Positions 57,974 through 64,000 of a stretch of 64,000 nucleotides of DNA are shown here, piece after piece. The stretch lies in the NCBI RefSeq assembly GCF_009914755.1, contig NC_060927.1; one strand, written 5' to 3'. The notes beneath the pieces were generated by a model. The model ran no database searches. It was not told the origin of the DNA and was given only the letters and a program-made list of their open reading frames with translations. Source of the stretch: the human T2T-CHM13v2.0 reference genome, Homo sapiens. Position numbers and translations under genes: made by a program. How positions within the stretch are numbered: position 1 is the stretch's first letter; each line of letters begins with the position of its first letter.

Positions 57974-59794
57974 ATAAAGAACTAAAATATTAGTTACGCC
58001 ATAATTACAAAGTAATATTACCCAACAGTGACTTTTCAATATTTGGGTATTGTCTCTAGTTTTTTTTTTTTCCCCCTTGGTGGCCTTCTAGACTTCCATA
58101 ACACAATAAAACTTAACATCCATGCACCTTTCCTCGTTATTATAGCTCCTACTTTATAGTACATTTTCTTGCCTGGAAAACATAACATGAATCCATTAAA
58201 ATGTATGTCTCTCGCTTTCTTAAATAATTAAAATTATGATATATAAGGTTCCTTTCCGATGAAATGGATGCAGTTAGACTTTTTGTCTAAGCCCTCTTCT
58301 GGTTTCTTTCATTGTCACAACTTGATGAAATAGTTACAGATTCATAGTGGTCAAAAGTACCAGAAAAATCACTTGATTCAATTTTTTCACTTTCAGAGGT
58401 TCAAACTGAAACCTAAAGATGATATTTTACTGGTTTGAGGTTTTAGGGTGACATAAGATCAGCTCTGGAATAGATTTTAATGCTCTTGTCCCTGTGTAGT
58501 AGTAGCCCATACTACTCTTCTCAGGGCCTCAGGAATGATTAAAGTGGCTTTTACTTTACATGAGAACTCTGATCTCTCCATTTAAAATCCAGAAAGCTGG
58601 CCACATTTGTTGCCACCTCACTTGCCTTACAAAATGATACTTAATGTCTTCTCTATATACTTTCCTCCCCATGCAGTTTTTTTCCATAAACTTCATTACT
58701 CCAGGGGAGAAAATACCACCTTGTGTTGAAACACTAGGCACATTTGCTATCTAAAGAAAATAAACGATTTTCAAAATTGTATTTTCTAGCCAGTTGTTAT
58801 GGCCTTACATCTGAGCCCTCCTGCTGTTAAGAGGCATCCTCATCTCCCACGCAGGCTGAAGCCTGGAGGCACGTGAGTCCCTGGGTCCTTTTTCTGCTTC
58901 AGAGCCTTTGCTTGATCCATGTCCCTCAGTCAGTCCTCTTCACCAACATTCTGCCTGCGAAAGACTATATTCTCCTTTAGGATCTAATACAAAACACTCA
59001 TCTTCGTCTAGGTGTCCTCAGCCTTTCCTAATCGATCTACTTCATGTTGATCTGTTTTAATATTAACTTGTGATAATATATTTGTTTCTGTTGAACTGTA
59101 GTATATTTTATAAAAGTATCTTCAACTAGACTTAAGTTATTCACAGGCTTGAGACATTTATTAATTTAAACAACTATGATAGTAATAAGAGCTTCCTTCT
59201 CTTGTCACCACTACATGAAATAGTTATAAATTCATAGCAGTAGACGGTGTCAGAAAAATCACTCAACTCAATTTCTTCACCTTCAGAGGTGAAAACTGAA
59301 AATGTTTTTGTATTGTAAACCTTTCATATTTTGAGCACCTGCAAAGTGTTATATTAGCTCCTGTAAGCATTACAGTAAGTTCGTGAGATGGATACTATTA
59401 TGATTCCCATTATACAGAAAGGAAAATGAAGACTCTGAGCTCACAGTTACACAGGAAAGAAGGGTCAGAACCAGAGGTTGAACAAAGCAGTGCCAAAAGA
59501 AATGCTATTTGCATAAAAGAATTTAATACATCTTTAACAGAAACAGTGAACAGATTTGTCTGTTCAAGTTCTTTAACTTATATGATTTTCTGTTTCATCA
59601 CTTTAAAAGTAACAAGGAAAGAGCCTTAGAAAGGGTAGGTGAGTTTATGAAATGATCAAACTCAGGGTAAGTAAGCTCTTCAATAGGAAACTCTTCAAGA
59701 ATATAATTTTACCTTTTCAATGAGAAAACTAAATATAAGATGCTGGAAATTGAAGGTTTTCAACTAAAAGGATAAAATGTGAAGGAAATACAGA

Positions 59795-59966
59795 AGGATG
59801 TTGAATTTTGTCAAATTGCCTTTTCTGCTTTTATTGAGACATTTACATTTTTTGTCCTTCATTTTCTCAATGTGATATATCACATTTATTGATTTGCATA
59901 TGCTGAACTATTCCTGCATCCCAGCGATAAATCCCACTTCATCATGGTGCATGATCCTTTTAATGT
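59795..59966 (-). mobile_element. Old L1M ORF2 fragment
   Basis: GGATGTTGAATTTTGTCAAAT...ATTGATTTGCATATG...ATAAATCCCACTT. Confidence 0.85.
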
Positions 59967-60031
59967 AAATGCAATTTTTAAAGGATTATTTTACAGAAAA
60001 TAGAGAAAGAGAATATAGAAAACTTTTTAAA

Positions 60032-60210
60032 ATCAAGGGTTGACAAATTATTATCCATTGACCAAATTATGCCCCTTGCCTGTTACTGTAAGGTTATTTT
60101 AGCACAAAGCCACTTCCACTAATTTACATATTATCTATAACTACTCTCACATCACACAGGGCATAGTAAAGTATCTGCCCTTTCATAAAAAGTTTGCTGC
60201 CTCTGTTCTA
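60032..60210. mobile_element. MER58A (hAT-Charlie)
   Basis: CAAGGGTTGACAAA...TTTACATATTATCTAT...AAAAAGTTTGCTG. Confidence 0.7.
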
Positions 60211-61789
60211 AATCAGAGAAGTTTTGTAACTTACGTGTTCTCTCTCTGTATGCAACATTAAATACATTTAGAAAAAATATGTAAGTAAATGTTCCTGAGA
60301 GTCTACATCCAAGATTATGTTTGTATTTTCAGGGGTCATACAGAGTAACATTGGGGATTTATTATGAATGTTCTGAAAGAAACGAAGCACAAAAAGGCTA
60401 AGTGATTTGTCCAGTCTCATTATGACAGTGGGGCTTGGGCAAGTCTATGATGCTGCCATCTGAGTTATCTTAAACAGTGAATGACTGTTGATTTCTGTTT
60501 TTCTACCAAACTTTTGTGATATTTCAAAGAATAGTTTATTTAAAATTGTGTATGTTTACATTTCTGAGTATCTGTAAAACCCCATGTATTAAGTAACATT
60601 TTCTTCCCTTAGATCTCTCAAATAAGTAAGTGACTCTAATCCTTAGGAAATAGCTGTGCATTCAATTAGATATTTTAAAAATCCACATGTTCTTTCGGTA
60701 CTTAAATTGAAATATTTTTAATTGTTTCTGAAAATGGAACACTTGAATACAATTTTCTCTGTGTGCATGTTCCTTAGGTTGATGGTTAACAATATTGATT
60801 TGTATTTCAGATGATGTAGAAAGTATCCCTGCTGTTCATTCACAGCATAAAACCATTTTGAGTGATGTTTCCATTTTCACAGCATCCTATACGTATCTCA
60901 ACACATGTCTTACAATGCCCTATTAGTCAAACCATCTCTTTGTCCATATATTCAAATGAACTGTAGAGGTTATTAACTTGCCTTTGGCAAATAGATTTAT
61001 TTTTTTAAGATAAATGCTTTTATAAATTCAATGTGTGACACTTTCATTACAAATTATAAATAGAATGCCCTGCTAGACTTTTATGATAGCCATCACTAAC
61101 TCATTTGGGCCCTTATTACATTTCAAGCCTTCACATTCGTGGATATTTCCTTTTTAATCACTAGCAAGCCTATTTTGGGATGTTGCAGGTTTTAAATTTT
61201 AGTGTTGTGTTCATCTAATTGGTCCTTTAAATAGACACTAAGCCTTTTGCAATTTAATTATGCTATCAAACACTGAATTTAATACCTATATTTTTAATCA
61301 CCTGTGTCATATTTCTCTTCTAATATGTTTAATGTTTCTTACAATATGAAATTATAGCAAGTGATAAGCTTTGTAAATTAACTTTTATCAATAGTTATTT
61401 TAAATTCTATTAGACTAGTATTTTTGTTTGCTTATATATGATAAATATGGGATTACAATATAATGTTAGAATACTTTAATGATTCTTAATGGTTAAGCAA
61501 ATATGTGTTTAATAATCAAAATTAAAGCTATATTAATGATGGCCTCTCTATAATCTTCACCCTAAAAGCAATTACTTACTCACTAACTAGCTAACCTTTG
61601 TACCTCACATCCACATTACTACATCTTTCTGTACCTCACAGCTGTACTATGCTTCACAGAAGTAGCTATGTCCTCAGACCGTTCTGAGAATTCAATAAGA
61701 TTATACTCATAAAAACTCGAAATGCATGACCAGAGATGTGGCAAGGGCCTAATACATGTTACCAGTTACCATTAAGAAAAAGCTGTAAG

Positions 61790-61990
61790 TGACCACCCTG
61801 GGCAACATGGTGAGACCTGATCTCTAAATGTACACATATACACATAAATTATCCAAGGAAGGTGGTGTGTGCCTGTAGTCTCAGTTACTCAGGAGACGGA
61901 GGTGGGAGGATCACTTGATTCCAGGAATTCAAGGCTGCAGTGAGCCATAATTGTGCCATTGCACCCCATCCTGGGCAGCAGAGCAAAGAA
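61790..61990 (+). mobile_element. 5'-truncated AluJ followed by (GGGGA)n tract
   Basis: GACCACCCTGGGCAACATGGTGAGACC...CAAGGCTGCAGTGAGCC. Confidence 0.88.
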
Positions 61991-62072
61991 AGCGAAGGGG
62001 AGGGGAGGGGAGGGGAGGAGAGGAGAGGGGATGCTATAAGCTAGCTGCCTGTTGGAATTTCTTTCAACAAAG

Positions 62073-62445
62073 TATATTAGTTAACCTGGGCTGTCATAAC
62101 AAAATATGATAGGCTGGGTAGTTTAACTACATAACTGTATTTTCTCGCATTTCTGGAGAATGGAAATTCAGTGTCAATATGCCAGTCGTGTAGTTTCTTG
62201 TGAGGCCTCTCCTTCTCACTTGCAGATGGCCACCCTCTTGTTGTGTCCTCACATGGTCTTTCCTCCATTCATGCACAGAAAAAGAAAGATCTTCAGTGTC
62301 TTTTCCTCTTCTTTTAAGAATTAATCTCACTGGATTAGGGTCCCACCGTTAAGACCTCCTTTAACCTTAATTACCTTCAAATAAAGTCACGTTTGAATTA
62401 GGGTTCAAGATAGGAATTTTAAGGTACACAATTCAGTCCATAATA
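62073..62445 (-). mobile_element. MLT1A-like solo LTR
   Basis: GGCTGTCATAACAAAATA...TTGCAGATGGCCACC..GTGTCCTCACATGG...GGATTAGGG...CACAATTCAGTCCATAA. Confidence 0.87.
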
Positions 62446-62749
62446 AAAGATAATATTATTTATCATCATTTCCTCCTCTCTTCAATTTAATAGTTTTTTA
62501 AAGCATAAATTGGAAGTTGACTGCCTCTTTAGTAGTAAGGCAACATGTAGCCCTGAGTCTCCAAGGTAAATCAGAAAACTGAAATCATGTATTGAGTATA
62601 GACACATATAAAATGTTCACACACCTATACTTAGACTCTTACTCCCACACACTATTTTGTTAACCTAGTAGCCATTTGTTGGCAGTAATTCAAATCAGAG
62701 ATTTGTTTAATATTATTTGTTTCATAAAAACATTGAAATGACTGTTATC

Positions 62750-63060
62750 TTATTGGGGAGGAGGTGGGGATGGTTAATGGGCACAAAAATATAGTTAGAT
62801 AGAATTAATAAGATCTAGTATTTGATAGCACAGCAGGATGATTGCAGTCAACAATATTTTATTATACTTTTAAAAACAACTAAAAGAGTGTAATTGAAAT
62901 GTTTGTGACACAAGGTAATGGTAATTGCTTGTAGTGATGGATACCCCATTTACTCTAATGTGGTTATTACACATTGTATGCCTGGATCAAAACGTCTCAT
63001 GTACCTCACAAATATGTACAACTACTAGGTACTCATACAACTTAAAAATAAATAAATAAA
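62750..63060 (+). mobile_element. L1MA (MA2-3-like) 3' end
   Basis: GGGATGGTTAATGGG..CAAAAATATAGTTAGATAGAAT...GATGGATACCCCATTTAC followed by an AATA tail. Confidence 0.9.
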
Positions 63061-63538
63061 CACATGAAGCTTTACAATGTTGACCTCTCTCTTCTTGAAG
63101 CTCTTTCTTCTCTTCCATTGCTTCTTGACGTCTCCTTCAAGGGTTACTTTTTCCTTCTGAATGTTCAGATCTAATACAAATATATGTAAACCAAAATCCC
63201 CCACTAGATGATGAACTTCTGAATGGATGATCACATCAAGGTTTACCTACTTTTTGTCTCAGTTACACATACCTTTTATAGCACATACACACATTCAATA
63301 AGTTATGGTTAAATGAAAAAAAAAAAACAGAGTAAATGAAAGGAATGAGTAAATCCATTATTTCAACAAGCACATTTATCTTTTATATAACTAAAAACCA
63401 ATGCATAATTATAACCTCCCTTACATTTTTGTAAAGGCCAGGGCTTTCAGATTTTTATGAAATAGTAAGACCTATTTCGTATCTCTCGTGTCTATTTCAT
63501 ACTTTGTCTATATGCAAAATATAAAAATCAATACTTAC

Positions 63539-63601
63539 CTGCAAGTCCTTCTTATATTTGAAAATTGACATGGAACATTAACATATATATGATTGTAGGT
63601 T
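63539..63601 (-). other. Candidate spliced exon (63 nt)
   Basis: Acceptor CCATCCTTTTCTATAG| and perfect donor CAG|GTAAGTA. One frame is open (TYNHIYVNVPCQFSNIRRTC). Confidence 0.35.
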
Positions 63602-64000
63602 CTATAGAAAAGGATGGATCTTTGCTTTTCTATTTACACTGAGATTAAAAGGAAAGAAATTTGACTCTGGGTGAAGTTAAATGATTAAAGATAGTAATAA
63701 GGAAATTGCAAGGAATTGTTTATAGTACAATTGGAAAAGGCTACTACTGGATTTTATACAATCTCTTTTTTTAGATGTGGTTAAAATTGGAATTGACTGT
63801 CATATTGATGGAGGAGTTTAAGGATAGTGCTTATTGAAATAAGAATATGTCTTAGGTAATTTCTCAAAGATCATTTCCACTTTACTGGCATAAACACTGA
63901 AGTAGTGGTTCAAGGGAACCACAATGGCACATCAATGTTTTACCTCTGTTGGCTGCCAAAAGGAATATTTAAGACAATCCAACACTTTAAATACACATTT

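Noticed and set aside
63025-63234. Lys-rich 69-aa ORF resembling an NLS-bearing protein
   Set aside because: It lies in purine-rich, L2-like decayed sequence and runs into an L1 tail; no recognisable family.

Overview
AT-rich, repeat-dense primate (hominid-like) genomic DNA with no recognisable protein-coding gene, structural RNA gene or CRISPR array. The centrepiece is a nested retroelement stack at 7.6-18.4 kb. An old ERVL provirus (MLT2B-type LTRs, minus strand) carries an MST-type LTR that is split by a near-full-length, disabled L1PA4/5. It also carries a MER50/83/84-group LTR, an AluS, a 47-bp VNTR and a ~145-bp inversion across its LTR/internal junction. The rest holds L1 3' fragments (including a young L1PA2-like copy), nine further Alu/Alu-monomer copies, several MaLR/ERVL solo LTRs, MADE1, MER5A, MER58A, MIR/L2 remnants and many local duplications. 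The best leads are inferences. One is a minus-strand exon chain from a CpG-retaining island near 37 kb that splices into a 47-100 aa ORF. Another is a THE1-type LTR whose VNTR multiplies a DUX-type motif five times. Repeat subfamily names are from recalled consensus motifs, not a database search. I do not see firm evidence of a new biological system.
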